Shown here piece after piece: positions 1 to 15,000 of a stretch of 64,000 nt of DNA; positions within the stretch are counted from its first letter, which is position 1; each line of letters starts with the position of its first letter. This DNA is from Acanthaster planci (lineage: Eukaryota): positions 1,178,961-1,242,960 of the forward strand of contig NW_019091358.1 of NCBI RefSeq assembly GCF_001949145.1. The letters are read 5' to 3'. The translations under genes and the position numbers were made by a program. The notes beneath the pieces were generated by a model, which did no database searches, was not told where the DNA came from, and saw nothing but the letters and a program-made list of their open reading frames with translations.

Positions 1-6
1 TGCCAG

Positions 7-3000
7 ATTTTGGAAAGAATACGACTTGGTGTTGGATTTATTCCAGGTGAGTAAATTGCAATCCATGCCTATTCCAACGATCTACTAACTGATCTTTTGT
101 TGAAGGATTCCCCTTAACTTTCCCCAAAAGCCACGTTCAGCTGGCATGAAATCTACCCACTGAAGTTCCATTCAGAAAAATTGAACTCTGGGTAGCCTTG
201 TCATTGAGGTTCGCTCCAAAATGTAACTTTCTTTCATATCCATTAGAATTTTTGTAGATGGTTGACCAGACCTTTCTGAAGCTGTGTACCTTTATTCTGA
301 CGTTCCTGTCCATTCACCTCTTCAGATACCATCAACCTATCACTCAGTCTCATCACCCAAGGGCAGATAGAAGCAGCCTTCTCCGTCCTCAAGCTATTCA
401 GTCTCCGCCAAGTAGCGACCATTCCCAGCACCGAGCCTCCCAGTCAAGGCAGCTTCTTCATCGACACCCTGGTGCAACTCGGAACGGTGAGTATTGAAGT
501 GTCGCGGAGAGTGTGAGATTTGTGTGTTCGGTCAAGAGATTCCTTTAAGCCACTTTGCCACCGAGGGTTGTATAAACCATCTTTCCATCGGTGTGGACAC
601 GGCTGATGGGTTTAACCACGATACACAACCCAACTTGTCTTGGGGGGGGGTTGACTCAGTAGCGTATATTGTTACGTTAGCATGCCATACAGTGTTCACA
701 TTTATGGAGTTTACAGTAAAACATTTCATACAAATAGTCTTGAAATGACTCTGACAAGTCAGTGCTTGTGGTGTGTGGCTGTACATCAAACGTTGGCCAC
801 TGTCACGCCTTTTTTGAAAATTGAAATTCCCGGCCAAAATAACACTGTTCCCAAGTGCTTAATGTAGTAATAATAATCAGAGCGTTTATAAGGCATACAA
901 TACTCAAAAGTGCTGATGTCTTAACCACTCTCTCCAATGAGTTTTGAGTGTTAAGTCCTCCTCTCCTGTACAGATATAATGCAAAATTTTGACAAAAGTG
1001 GGAGTTGGACCCAAACTCCAGAAATGGCCGTTCCCCTGTTTGACCAACCGTGCTTGCTGTGTTGTCATGGCAACCCATTACATCAGTGTCTTCGTTTTTA
1101 GGGCGTTCATTGCAGGTGGCACCTTAAAGAAGTGTTGCGATTGAGTTCTTTCACTGAGGCATGATTCAAGCTACAAAGCTCGAGTTACTTGCTGTTACTC
1201 CGACTCTGGCAAGCGTTGATTGTGCTATTTTTTTGTGGGATGTGAAAATGAACACATGCATACATGTACTTGTTTAAAACGAAGGGACTCAAGCCGTGAA
1301 TTAAAATGGGACGCCGGTATCTGGATAACAAACCTGTCTTCTTGTCAGGATGCTGTACATGTCATTTTTGTCCTAATTCGAACAATTCTTGATTGAAAGA
1401 CATATATTTGTCATGTGCAACATCTTTTGACAGTGATTGTGTTCATTTTTTTAATTTGCGTATTTCGATTTGCAAGAGTTAACATGTCCCCACTGCAGCA
1501 TCAGCATCTTGACATCATCTTGACAGCAGAAGCCTGACATCAAATCCGAATTTGCCTCAATCGCAAAAGACCTGGTCTGTGAGCAACAGAGAAACCACAC
1601 CCGTTGCCGTGCTTGCCGAAACCTGGCTTTCCTTTTGAAAAACCCAATCCTTTCTTTGGTCTTGCAGCCCCACGAGACGCTGTTCCATTATCTAGACACC
1701 ATGATAAGCGAAGGTCTACATGCCACACCGTACATCGTAGCATTGCACGTTGCTCTCAGGAACCAGGGAAGCGTTGTCACTCACGGTGAGCCCCAGAACT
1801 GCCTCACAGTCTTGGACATAGGTGGTTGAATGCCGACATGCTAAATACGTGCCTTGTTCACAACGCTCCTTCAAAGCAGAAGATTCTGCCTTACACATTT
1901 TCTCACCAAGCAAAACTTAGGCTGCATCCGAATCTGTTGTCTAGGGCTACGTCTAATTCTTTGCTCCATTGAAAATGTGCGGAAACGCGTAGACAATAGA
2001 CCTAGCCGTAGCTATGGAAGTATTTATAACATGCACAGTATCTCACAGTAGCTGTCGTTCAAAGGTGCCGATATATTATCATTTTCGCTGCACATTGGGC
2101 TCACAACATCTAAACATTCTTTAGCCATCTCAGTTCCCTGGAGAGTATACTAGCCTGATGCTGTCATTTCTCTGCAAAAACGCAACGACCACATCTACCC
2201 TTACACGTGGGTACCTTTCACCCATTTACTCCCGGGTAGAGAAAGGCACGTAGGGTTGGAGTGACTTACCTAAGGTCATAACATGTAACCACCTTCTAGG
2301 ATTCGAACCCAACCCTCTGATCAGACGTTACAAATCCTGACCACTAAGCCACTTGTCTCCTTTATTGGGCATCATTAAATTCCTGCAAAAAAATGGGGGG
2401 GGGCACAGGTGAGTACTTCGTTATTTTCAGAAAGTTACTGGAAATTAATGGAAATCTGAGTTTTGGGCCAATCAGAGTCCATGCTTAATTTTCTCTGTGA
2501 TTGTCTTTTGTAGAGTACATCCTTGGAATAACAAAGCGAATGATTGAACTGGTATGTAGTCAGCATAAAATCCTTCTATTTGCTTTAAAACATCCACATG
2601 GGCCGCATCAAAGGAAGTAGCCCAAAAAAGGGCTTCTTTTGTCAATTCATCATCTTGAACACTGTCGGTATGGTTTTTGTTTATCAGTAAATCCTGGGTG
2701 ACAACAGCACTGTTATTACAGCATCCAACTTATAACGTGAACAGACATAGACAGTTAGGCCTGTAGTCTTTATGTTCTTTGTTTTGATTTCTGATAATCC
2801 TGGTTCCTTGTTTAATCTAACGAGGGAATCCCTATTGATTGTGTTGTCTCATATCTAAAAGTCTTGTGCAACTGGGCAGCTGCCTTAGTATTACTGGTAG
2901 CTCCATGAAAATGATAACGACTGAAGACTTTGAGGTATTGCGAGATGTATGGCTTGCTCTTGACCTCTTGGTACACATGCGAAACCCTAAACCCTCATCT

Positions 3001-6000
3001 GTTTTGCCTCTTGATTGGGCAGGACATACCTGTGCGACCTCACTACTTCTGGCCTATGATGACAACGGAGGCGAACCGGGGGAACAGTGAAGGTGGGGCC
3101 ATTGCTTATTTCAGACTACATCAGCAATTATGTAGTTCATTTGAATTCCTTCTCAGGAGTCCCAGTCTCCATCTTCAATTGACTGTGAATCACAAAATAT
3201 ATCTGTTCCAGTACATTTATTTCTTGGGCTCAGTTACTCAGTTTTTATCACTTGAAGACTCACAACTACATGTACCTCTGAGCTTGTACTGGTAGAGCGA
3301 TTTGAGTGTCCCTGTCAACCTCTCAGTATGAGTCCTGCCTACCATTGAAACACTCGTGTTGTTTAACAGTTAGTTTCAACCTACGCATAGCCAAGCATCA
3401 CTCGCTAGCTCGGCTAAAATCTCCTTCGCTTGTCGGAGTTTGTGATGGGAACCAGTGAACACCACATCAGAAATGAAACTGACGATTGTTTGTTACCAGG
3501 TGTGCTGCAACTTGCAAAAGCCATGGCCGACATGGGTATACAGTTGAATATGGAGACCTACTCTAAGTACCTGATTCCTGCCGTTGGTGACAAGGCTGAG
3601 GTGGTGTTAGCCAGACTCAAGGTAGGTGCGAGTGTTTACAAGGGCTGTTATTCTCTTTTCTGCCCCCCAGGGGAGGGGGGAATGTTGTGGAAAGGCCATT
3701 CCTGCTGCTGAATTAAATAATGTCTCACTTTTCTTGTGGTTTGTGCAAGTTGTCAACAATTGTTTAGAGTTTTTCACAATTTTCCAATATTTGTTACATT
3801 TTTTTACAAATAATTTGCTTTTTGAATCTTTTAAATCTGCTGGAAACAAGCCTCTATAGTGCAATTTTTCTCATTAAAAACAAAGGAAAATTCTCTTCCT
3901 GTTAATGAATTTTGCCTTCGAATATTGACATTAAGAAATAAATTTCGAATATGCGATACTTGATCGAGTATTTGGATATTTGAATATTCGGCACAGCCCG
4001 TTGAGACCATCTCACGACTGTTTGCAAGACCAGACACAAGGCCAGTCACATGTAACAGGGTGATCAAGACAAAGGAATACTTCTGTTGCAGTTCATTTGA
4101 CTTGAATTCAGACTAGCTTTCTTGTGTGGGTCTTGTGGTGATCTACAGAGGTCTCCACTCCAGCGCTGGTAGCCAGCAAATATTAGATGTAATGTAATTG
4201 TACATGTGTGCATTTGCTGTTGATTACCCTCTGAAGGATCTTGGCATGTCAGTGGACAAGCAAGTTATTGCTGCTCTGTGCAGGCATGAAGTCTCCAAAA
4301 ACAGACTAGACATCGTAGTTCAGTTCTGTGAGTAGATTATCTTCATCAGAAATTAGGAAGTCGGTGTTAGAATATCGGTAAAAACCAAAATTCTCTTGAC
4401 AAAAATGGACAAGATAATGTGTACAAACTATTAACCATATCCTGCCGGGGAGCCAGTTTTCGGGTACCTTGGGTTTGTACGTATAACCGGGTGCTCGAAA
4501 TCGGACAAAAGAGCTTGGGCCTTATAACGAAAGACCGTACTCGGAACAAAAGACAGAGCTGCTGGGAATTGCCAACATATTTTCAGTCGTCAATAGCGGA
4601 GGAAATCCATCATTGTTTTGAAAGATTGTACCACTATTTGTGGCATTCAGTGCGAGTGAATTACCACCGGGGACAATAGCATCCCAGCATTCCAGAGATT
4701 AGCGATACAATACCACTACACGCTAATCTTGCCCGTGTTGAAAAGATGCCAGAAGCGCACTGTGCCAGTTTCGGGAACAAAAGAAATTTATGCAACACCA
4801 CACAATCTGGGCTCTTTTTACAAAGCGGCAGGCCTGGCTGAAATATTCTGGCATCAATAGATGTTGTCTGTCAGATTATAGTAGCCACCAGACAGTCGCT
4901 CCATGGGGTATAGGCATTCAGGAAAAAAGAAAAGAGTTTTTGCAGATGTTTGAAAACTGCCGATATTGAAAAATTGCTCGTATGTAGGCACTGCATTTTT
5001 AAAAGCACCCAGCGGGAAATGGTTATGGTAATTTTGCTTTACCAAATGCACTAGAAGCTGTAGTGTGGTGTGAATATGTATGCCTCTAGAGATTGTCAAA
5101 TGGAGAGACCAGTGTCTGTCAAAAATCTGAAGTGAAACTTTGGCCTTAAAATTGGATAGTAAATGCTCAAATACTGAGGGTGCTGTGCGTAGACATTGAG
5201 GGATTGAAAACAATTCAGAATGTAGTAAAGTTACTGATTTGGAAACTTAGAGGTAATCCATTTTTCTAGCAGGTGAGATGGCATAAGCTTCTTAAGTGGT
5301 TAGGCTTATAACTGGTCACATCGGTGAAAGAAAATTTATATAATGCCTGGAAACCTTGCCTGGAAAGGCTTTTGTCAATTTCAGCTATTGTTTAATTGGC
5401 GTTTTAAAATCTTTTAACCAGTGGACAGCTATCCCGACTTGGTGGAGGTATCACTCTTCAGGACTGCTCTCATAAACTCCTTTCACAGGTAACGTCGCTT
5501 TCCCATCCAACTCAATCTGAGCCTGGCCATCCATATCACTCTGTTTGGAGTCCTTTCCCATGTCCAGCGTTCATAGTCTTTTAATACTTTCAAGTGAAAT
5601 GTCACCAAAATGTCACCATCTTCAAAAAGTGCCTTTAGATTCTCTCCTGCCGTCAGATTGTAGACAAGCCCAGTTTGGTTTTGTACCGTAAACCCTGTTG
5701 CAAGTTCCAATCCCTCTGTAATCAGTTTCTCTGTTCAACCTGACATTGCTTTCAAGCAGTGCAAGAGTCTTGTCAGTTACAAGCCTGTTCAAAACTGCTC
5801 AACACTATTAAAACAGATGAACAACAACAGGGGAATGCCTTGGTTACCTTTGATGAGTTGACTTAGGACTAAGTGATTGACTTTTGTTGTGACTTGTGAC
5901 TTTCTCAATTTCAACTCTGATTTCGAGTCATTTTCCAGTCTCAATTTGTTGAATTAAGGACCTGCAGATCATCACAAAGGTCACCCATCGTAGAGTGACC

Positions 6001-9000
6001 TTTACAGAGACCAACTAAGTCTTGCAAAGCATTCAGTCTGCTCTCAGTCTTCTCGAGGTTAGGTCGCTGCCAATAATTGTGTATTAATAAGTTTGTGAGA
6101 GATGTGATGGTATGTTGCCAACACTTTAAACCCTCCAGGATTTTCCGAGTGGTTCTTCTCAAGTCTCACCGTGTTTGTTGTTTCTTCTGTCACAGATTCC
6201 CTCAGGTGGAGCCACTCGTGACCCTGCTGACCAATATGTGGACGCAGTTCAAGGAAGACCAGAACTTGGAGGTCAACAAACAAGGTGATGCTTTGTCCTC
6301 GGTGGTCATTGTTTCAAATTGTCAAATGCAAAAGATTGGGAGTCTAAGTTATGTCGTCTTCCGCGACGCTTGATATAACATTTTGAGAGCCCCTTTTTGA
6401 CCCTGGTTTTTTTGTAGACTACATTGGCGGAGTCTTGTACGACATGGTGAGAGCCATCCCTGACAGCAAGGCTGTCAGCCTCAAACCTCACCTGCAGCTA
6501 CTCTTCGACAAGCTTGCCGACCAGGTGAGTTTGTGTGGCTAGCTGTACACACGCAAAGATCCCAACACTGTTGTCCTCAAGCAATAAGTATTGCATAAGT
6601 ATTGTTATTCAAATTCTCACTTGAACCGTTTCTATGGATTCATATCAGCCCAAACTGCCAAGACTACACAGAATTGTTAAGGTCATCAGCAGATCTTTGT
6701 TTGTTAACCTTGTGTCCATTTTAGGGGATCCACATAGCCATGCAGCGTTTCCGAGGTATCCGCAATGTCCTGGACGAGATCAAGCTGATGATGGTCAAGC
6801 CCAATGCCTACCGATTGCTTGACCCTGCAGAGGTCAACGCCAACCCCATGGGCAACATCGACCTCCTGGCCAACAGTGTGAGCTCGACTGAACTCACCAC
6901 AGAAATCAGTTCAAGTTTTGGTTGGGTGTTTGGGAGATCTTATGGAGAAGTTAACCGAAGTACAATTAAAACTCACAACCTTCAGAACACCATTTTGGCA
7001 CTCCATCAGCTGGGCTCTTTATCCCAGTGTGAATTTTGGGAAGAAAATTTCCTCACCAGAAGCTCATGATACCCAAATTTCTCGTATTGGGGATTATCAA
7101 TGAAACAAGCACTTTTACATGTACAAAGCATCATGGTTGTCATTGAGTAGTTTTCCATGAGTACAAGCACTTTGCTGTGATTGTGAGTATGAGTTTTTAT
7201 TGTGAGTACAATTATGAGTACCTTTCCATGAGTATGGATATGAGCACCAGTATGGACAAGAGTAGCGAGTTCAATCCCTTTGCTGTGATTGTGAGTGTGA
7301 GTTTTTATTGTGAGTACAAATATGAGTACCTTTCCATGAGTATGGATATGAGCACCAGTATGGACAAACGAGATACGAGTTCAAGTACTTCAACATGGCA
7401 AAGCATAGCTATTAATTGCAGCAATAGCAGTTAACAACACTTTGTGACTTTTGTATTACAAAATCCTGGAAAGTGCACCTATTTATGGCTCTGTAGCGTA
7501 GAACCCTGAAGAAAAGGCAATGGAGAATTCCCAGTATAACTTTAGAAGTTTGGAAGAAAACCTGTAGAATCGGCTAGGGACCGTAAACAAGCCCATCAAG
7601 ACTTGGGCCTGCGTGAGATTTGAACCCAGATCACAGAGATGGAAGACAAGGAATACACCACTGCACCAACTGGACTCCCAGTGCCCGAGGAGTTGACCAT
7701 TTCATCCTCCACTCTGTCAAATTTTTCCTTCTTGACATCATCTGCTCTCCTTCTAACTCTCCTCTGCCTTCAGGACATCTCCGTGGACCAGCTGGAGGCA
7801 CACCTGACGGAGCTGAAGGAGAAAGGCGCCAACTGCCGAGGGATCTTGAGACGCCTCATCTTATACCACACCGCGAATAACGTAAGATGCAAGTATTGGT
7901 GGCGATTTCAGTAGTTCACTGATGCCATGTTTCTGGATGATTTTTTTTTTTTCATTCAGAATGTTTGGACCATATGTGCTTGGAATTATCCCACCAGGTC
8001 CTCATAATGATGAAAAATGTGTATATTGGTGCATGTTTTACTTGTTTACAAGCAAAAGGATGTTTCCCTGTCCTCGGTGGTGAGTCTTTTATCCTCGACC
8101 GTAAAGTCTTGTGCTTTGTCTATGGGAGATTCTTATATTGCAGGAATAATAGGCAAGACAATGCCCTCTGCTCGGAGGTGTAGCAAAACACGACTGATTC
8201 CCTGCTGTAGGCGTACATGCATTACATTCCAGTGTGCCATTTCAGTATTTTGAAAAGATGAGAGCAGAGTGTGCACGTGTGAGTCTGCATTTGGTCGCGC
8301 TCGTAAGGCAGAACTTGTGCACTCCATTTTGGGCATGCGCTGGTGGAATGTCGAACTGGTTCACTGAGAACAAGGGCACAGTTGGACAACAAGAGATTTA
8401 TTCCTGGCTTTGAAAATTGAATCTTTTCTTGAAAACAGTCTTCTAATAAGTATGTGTGAAGACTAGGCCAAATTGTTTCACCATGCCAAGGGAAAGAAAG
8501 CCTTGGCCTTTGAAGTATAGTAAATTTGACCATGTGCTATCAGGAGTCTTAGAAAAACTTCATCTTTTGTCTCTGAACTTTTACCCCTCCCCTTCATTTA
8601 TTTCTCTCTGTGATTATTCTTGGCATCACAGAATTACCAGCGATCCGTTGAGTTGATTGAAGAGTTCAAAGCCAGGGGCTACGAGTTGACGGGAGCAATC
8701 TATGCTTCCTTGATGAGCGTCTGCTCCAATCACCAACGTTATGACGAAGCTTTTCAATTCAAAAAGGAATTGTGAGTCAAATTGGGTGATGCTTAGGGTT
8801 GTGCCAAGTATCCGAATATTCAATCAATTATCAAATATTCGAATATTGTTTTCTGAATTTGAATATTCGAATGCAAAATTCATGAAAAGGAAGGGAGAAT
8901 TTTCTTTTGTTTTAAGTGAGAAAAGTTGCACTTTGGAGGCTTGTTTCAAGCAGATTCAAATGAAAAGCGACAGAAATCTTACAGCAATTCAAAAAGTAAA

Positions 9001-12000
9001 TTATTCATTAAAAAATGTAAAAAGAACAGAAACTTTCTGCTAACTCATGGCTCTAGATACCGGTGCTCCTAGACATGAGAAGCTGTTATAGCGATTGTAA
9101 TGTACATGTACAATTGTGTGTGCTACTGCAACTGTTTTTGTATATGGTTTGTTTGTCAACAATCTGCCGGTCGGTACGACCGAATATTCAGATATTCGAA
9201 TGAATTGAAGGTTGAAATTTGTGTATTGAATTATTCGCATAGACTTACCCAGTGATGTTTGAATTTTGTTGTTGTTGATGTAAACCCATAGTAACTAGCA
9301 GGGGTCGGTTTATAGTTAATTTCGCTTCTCTTCTTCCCCACATCAAACAGAGGGAATTTCTGACCTAACCAAACCAAACGAGGTACAAGCTGTCTGAGTT
9401 TCACTGAGTGTAATGCGCACCGACCTGTATTACCCCATCATTGGCAGAGAATATTGCGCATCTTCAGTTAGGTGTCTGGTATGTATGCCAGACTGTACAT
9501 GCACCAAATACTTAGTGTGGCCCCGCACATTCCTGGCGATTTCCCACCAAAGGACAGGCATGGCTGTGTAAAAATATGCCATCTCCTTGTCTCACACAGA
9601 GCAGGTACAGGCCTTTAACCCCAGCTCTTCCCCCAAAACCTCCCAAATTTGGAGGTTTTGATGACAAAGTAGCCTTTTTGGGGAATGAGGAGATTATGTA
9701 AGAATAAGAAATACATGTATATGGATTCTTTGCAGAGAGCAAGCTGACCCGCTCTTCAGGCTGGATATGTCCAAGTACAGACCACTCATCTGTCATCTAG
9801 CCAAGAGCAATAAAATGGAAGGTAGCTTGGCATTTTCTTTTTTGAGTCAAATGGCCATTCGTGACTTCGTTTTGTGAGCACTGTTCAAGAGACGTGGACA
9901 GAAACTTAGAATGAACCAAATTGAACAAGTGGTTTTTGGAAAGAGGTTTAAGAGACAGGGTTTGATGGTTTGCACAGTGGGAAAAGTAGCAAGTGGGTCA
10001 TTCGTTAAATTTGGGGTCTTGTCCTTGTTACATCTGGCGTGTGATTTTATAAGTTGAGAATGCATTCTTTTATTTCCAAGAGTGATTAGAATAGTGCACA
10101 TTCCCTGCCAAACAAAAACAAAAGTCAAGTTCAGTGATATATCCCATATCAAATTACACAGGTCAGGTGTAACAGGGACAGCAAAAAATGTGACACAGTG
10201 GATCCCAAATTTATAGAATGACCCAGATGGAGGGTTTACTGGAACATTACAGAAATGATGAACCTCTCTGAGAAGAGCCTGTGAAATGCTATGGAGTGTA
10301 GATTGTTCTCAGAACCCTGCCAATCTTAAAATAAGATTTGTCAGTGTGTTTATCTGAATGACAGGCAAAGCTGTGGTGAAGTCTGTTATGAATTGATCGT
10401 AAGTTACAGGAGGTGATCATGGCAAACAGGAATGCCTCGGCCACATTTCATCTGAGTAGTGTGACGGACTCGGCGGGCAATAACTGGGTTCAAATGGCTG
10501 GCTTAAGCTGTCAGATTATGGAGGACTCTATATCGTAGCCGATCTTGGATAAGACAGCAAATTGAACCAATTGCAATAATCAGGTCTTTATGTTAATGAT
10601 TCACTGATTGGCCAATATCTGTTGCACTAAATTATTTACCATATTTCAGCAACAAATTCTGAAACATGTACATGCCAAAGAATTTTAGACATAGACAATA
10701 TTGAGCCAACTTCAAGCAGGCTGATCGTTTTAAGACCCGTTTAACACTTAAAGACCACTTCTCTGCAATGGTTCAACTTATAGACCAACTAAAAAGAAGC
10801 CCTGAGACTTAACCATGCGCAGACAGCTTTAAGACCAGTTGTTGCAATCCACACTAGATGCTCTGGCCCTTGTTGAAGAGATGAAAAAACGGGATATTGG
10901 AACGGACCGGCAGGAAAAGCAGTTGTTCCACCTGCTGAACGAGCTGGCCCAGGAGGGCCTGACTGGACAGACGCAGCAGATCTTCGACAAGCTGGTCTCC
11001 CTGGGTCTCATCCGGGTCAACAGTAACATCCTGGGACCCGTCGTCATGGCCCACATTGTCAGGTTAGTCCACAGTTTGCTGGGTTTACAGGACGGCACTT
11101 TAACTCTAACCCCCAAGGTGCATCTACACAGTAAATGGGGAATCTTATTGCCTGGAACGTGTTTCTGGTTAAGCTGTTCTTTTCGTCAGCTGAGGCTCCC
11201 TCTTCCGAATGTGTCAAGGTTTGAGCCTTGTTTCTAAGTCTAGCTCTCTGCCCTTTGCAAACACACAGGCACGTGCTTATGACGGAGTTAGTCGTAAGTT
11301 AGCCAGTGTTGTAGTCGAGACCATCACAAGACCAGACTCAAGATCAGACATGAAACCATGCACAAAACCAGTCGTAAGAAACAAAGTGAAGATTGACAAA
11401 GGAATGATTTTGTCACAGTTCATTTTTCACAGCCTGTTCCTTGAATCCAGGCCAGAGAATCTTGTTTGTCTCGTGATTGTCTCGTTGGGTCTTGTGATGG
11501 TCTGAAAGGTCTTGAATACAGCACTGGCTGTCAGACTAGATGCGCATTTCAGACACGGCCCATTACTCTGTTCAGTTTGGGTGGTACCCTGCTTGTTTAA
11601 TTTTATTATTTAGTGCATGCATAGCATACAAAAGTTGTCACAGCTTTTATGTCCAGATTTAATGCACATTTATACTGATATCTGCTTCAGTAATGAACGA
11701 GAGATTTGCCTTGGGCAGAATGTTTATGGTAACACCACGAGTGTGAGATCTGAAGTTGAGTTCCAAAAGCGTTGCTGTGCTGAGACGTGAAATGAAAATG
11801 ATTCTGTTTGCCGTTTGCCTTCTCCTGTCCCGTAAAGGAAAGACATAGCAGGAGCTCTGCAGTGCATCCAGGATTGCCAGACAAAATACGGGCTGATGCC
11901 ACACTTCCACGAAATCTTGGTCAAGTTGGTGGAGGACGGCGACACGGAACAACTTCAGAAAGGTAAGAGTTTAGGATATTCGCATGCCCCCCTAACCCAT

Positions 12001-15000
12001 GAAAATACAAGACTCCACTGCCATATTATATTTCATTTATTTTCATCTTTTACCTGTGCCTAGGTATGTGGTCTTTTCTCTTGCTTTCACAGTAATAATT
12101 TTTGCGTAGAAGTAGTTAGTAAAATTACGAATGGCTATCACTACAAATGAGAAGAACAAGGGAGCATCTAAAAAATTAGGCACGTTCCCGTTCCGTTTGA
12201 CCATTCCCACTGGAACGCTGGTGTGCCATCAGAACCTTCCAGGCAGTGTTCCATTGGGAATGCACATTCCCAATGGAATGGTCCTGCAGTTACATTCGCA
12301 ATCAAGAAGAAAGATTTCTGGCATTCATTTCCTTGACCCTGTTTTGAAGCACGGCAGCTGGAGCGTAGCATTTTGTGATTTACTCCTCATGAAGGTTACT
12401 TTTTCTCCTGTTTTTCTTTTCCATATTCACCATGACGTAGCTTACCATGCAATGACTTTAGAGTATATCAGGACACCGTTAATTTTCATGTGTTCATGTT
12501 AACGTCTGTACTTGCGAGTGTTTTATTCGTTGTCGCGTTTGCGTGATAGAGGGATTCATCATCGCAATGTTTCCACGCATAAGTATTCCATCATATCAGA
12601 AACAATTTTAAAACCTAACCTATAATTGAAGGGGTGCGGATGAGGTCTTCAAATATCATGGCAAAGGTTGGACGACATGACTAAGGCAATTAAGCTTGAC
12701 GTTGGGATTGCAGCCTATAACCCAGTGATACACACGCCGACATAGACATGTACTCTGCATGTAGTGATTTTCACTTTTGTATTGCAGTTAAAACCAAAAT
12801 TTCCATCATTGCATTTCCAATTTTTACCACATCACATTTCCATCTTCAGTTTACTTCCAATCTTTATTCAAAATTAGGCCTATCATAAAAGCAAAGTAGT
12901 TTACTCTGCTCGTTTGTCATGGCAAGCTCCGCTTTTGGACATTGGCTGAGCAAAGATTTGTACTTGGGCAATATGAAGCTACCCAAATGGAGACGTTCCG
13001 ATTGGAACTCGTGTTCCCGTTGGACCGTTCTCACAAGGGAACACAGCATTCTGTGTGGAAAGTCGTGTTCCCAACGGAACGGCCGACCGTTCCGGAATGA
13101 GAACACAGCGTTCCAATGGGAACGTTCCAACCGCTCCGAATTTTGAGACGCTCCTTAACTTGCAGAGAGTGGAACGTTTCGGTGGAGTTCGGGCGGCCTG
13201 TTCTTGACACGGGTTTCTTGCTCTCGTGCTCGAACGGCGGGAACACGACTCAACAACACTGTTCTCGGAATAGGATCCCACACCACCGCCTCGTCAGGGT
13301 TTTACAGGAACACACGGAAAAACTCATGAGATTTTGATTTTTGAACAGCTGCAAAAAGTAGAGATGGCTTCCAAAGCCATAGACAATGGGAAGTTTTGCA
13401 AAATTAAAATTAATTTTTTTCTGTAACACAGAAATGAATGTTCCTGTTTATATAAAAAGAATTCAGCCCATCCAAACATTAACTCTTGAACAACGTAGCC
13501 TACATGCTGAATGTTGCTTGTCACTAACTACCAGCGATAACCGGTTGTTTGTTCCCAGCGTACGAGCGGCCGACCCATGAACAGCAAATCAAGCGGTTCG
13601 TGAACATACGAGAACAAGCTGCCCGAACTCAGCCATTATGTGGCCTTTCAAAATAAATCAAAATGTACTACTGCTAAAAATTTAAAAATTCAGATATTTC
13701 CCTCTTTCGCACAAATGAAGCAAATGTACAAATTGAAGCAAAGCGGTTGCCGACGCAGGGTGAATTTTTGTGCACGTTTTGGCCTTGCATAACAGAATGG
13801 TGGGCATTGTTGGCAGCAAGGAAAGGTCTCGTAGTGCCATAGTTTCGCTTTCAAGTGTTTCTGTTGCCCCCTAAGTAAGTCTCCTCATTCGGTTTCAGCC
13901 ATGGATTTCACCAGCCATCACCACGGTGACATCAACATGCTGTACGACCTCATCTTTGCGTTCCTGTCCACGGGAAAGTTCAAAGAAGCAAAGAAGATCT
14001 TTGAGGTAATGGAAAGATCTGGAACATGACTCTAACAAAAGTCCAATATTGGTTTTGGCCATTTCATTTTTTCTGATTTTATTGACATTATTTGGCTTTT
14101 AGTATTATGGAGCGCCACTTTAATAGGCTGGTTCCTCACCCGGTATTTTCCTTTGTCAACCCCTAAAGTTCTACTGATTACAGCACGACCCCTTTTGGGA
14201 ATGAAATGTACAGCATTCTGTTGGTAACAAATATTTTCCAAAAACGCTTCATATTTGCTTCAAATCTTGCTTCAGTTTCACTCAACTGACCACTTTTCAT
14301 AGTTGGTTTACAGTTGACAGTATCTTCGTGCATTGGCATAGGATCAGCAGTTAGCAAGGGGTCATGTGGTAAAAATTGCATTACTTGTAATTTTGTTAAG
14401 CTTTGAGAAAATAGATACTTGGTTCTGTAGTTCGGGGGATCATGCATCTTTAGAATTCTATTGTACGATGGGTGCATGACTCATTCCTGGCCAAATAGAA
14501 AGAACCGTTACCTGGGGAAAAAGCCTGAATAAAACTTCAAATATTGACCTTCTCCTTGTCTCTCCCTCCCTAGACCCCCGGCATGGTGGCCAGAGATCGG
14601 CGGCTGCAGTGGTACGCTGAGCAGTGCATCAGCAAGAACCAGACCGAAGCCTTGGAGAACCTGGTTGCCATGACCAGGGATTTGTACGGATGTGATCGCG
14701 ATAACATCCACTTTCAGTTACTGCAGCTCTACAGTACGCAGCTGAAATTGCTTTCCTGTCTTCTATGCATTTTCTTCTTTTTTTTTTCCAAGTTTTGTTC
14801 GTCTTAAAACTTGATAGTCATTTCATTTATTACCTTGTTCGATGTTGAAATACTTGCCTCAAATGATGAATTTTCAGAAGCTGTCTGGGAAGTTACAGCA
14901 GCGTTGCTGTTTTTGTAGAATGAGCCACTTTGATGTTTTAAATCATTTGTTCAAATGCTGGAGGCCATTCCAGAACACCAGTGCACACTAGGTTGGCTCC

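Noticed and set aside
2290..2353. Possible tRNA gene (A and B boxes)
   Set aside because: No complete cloverleaf; continues into a SINE-like body.
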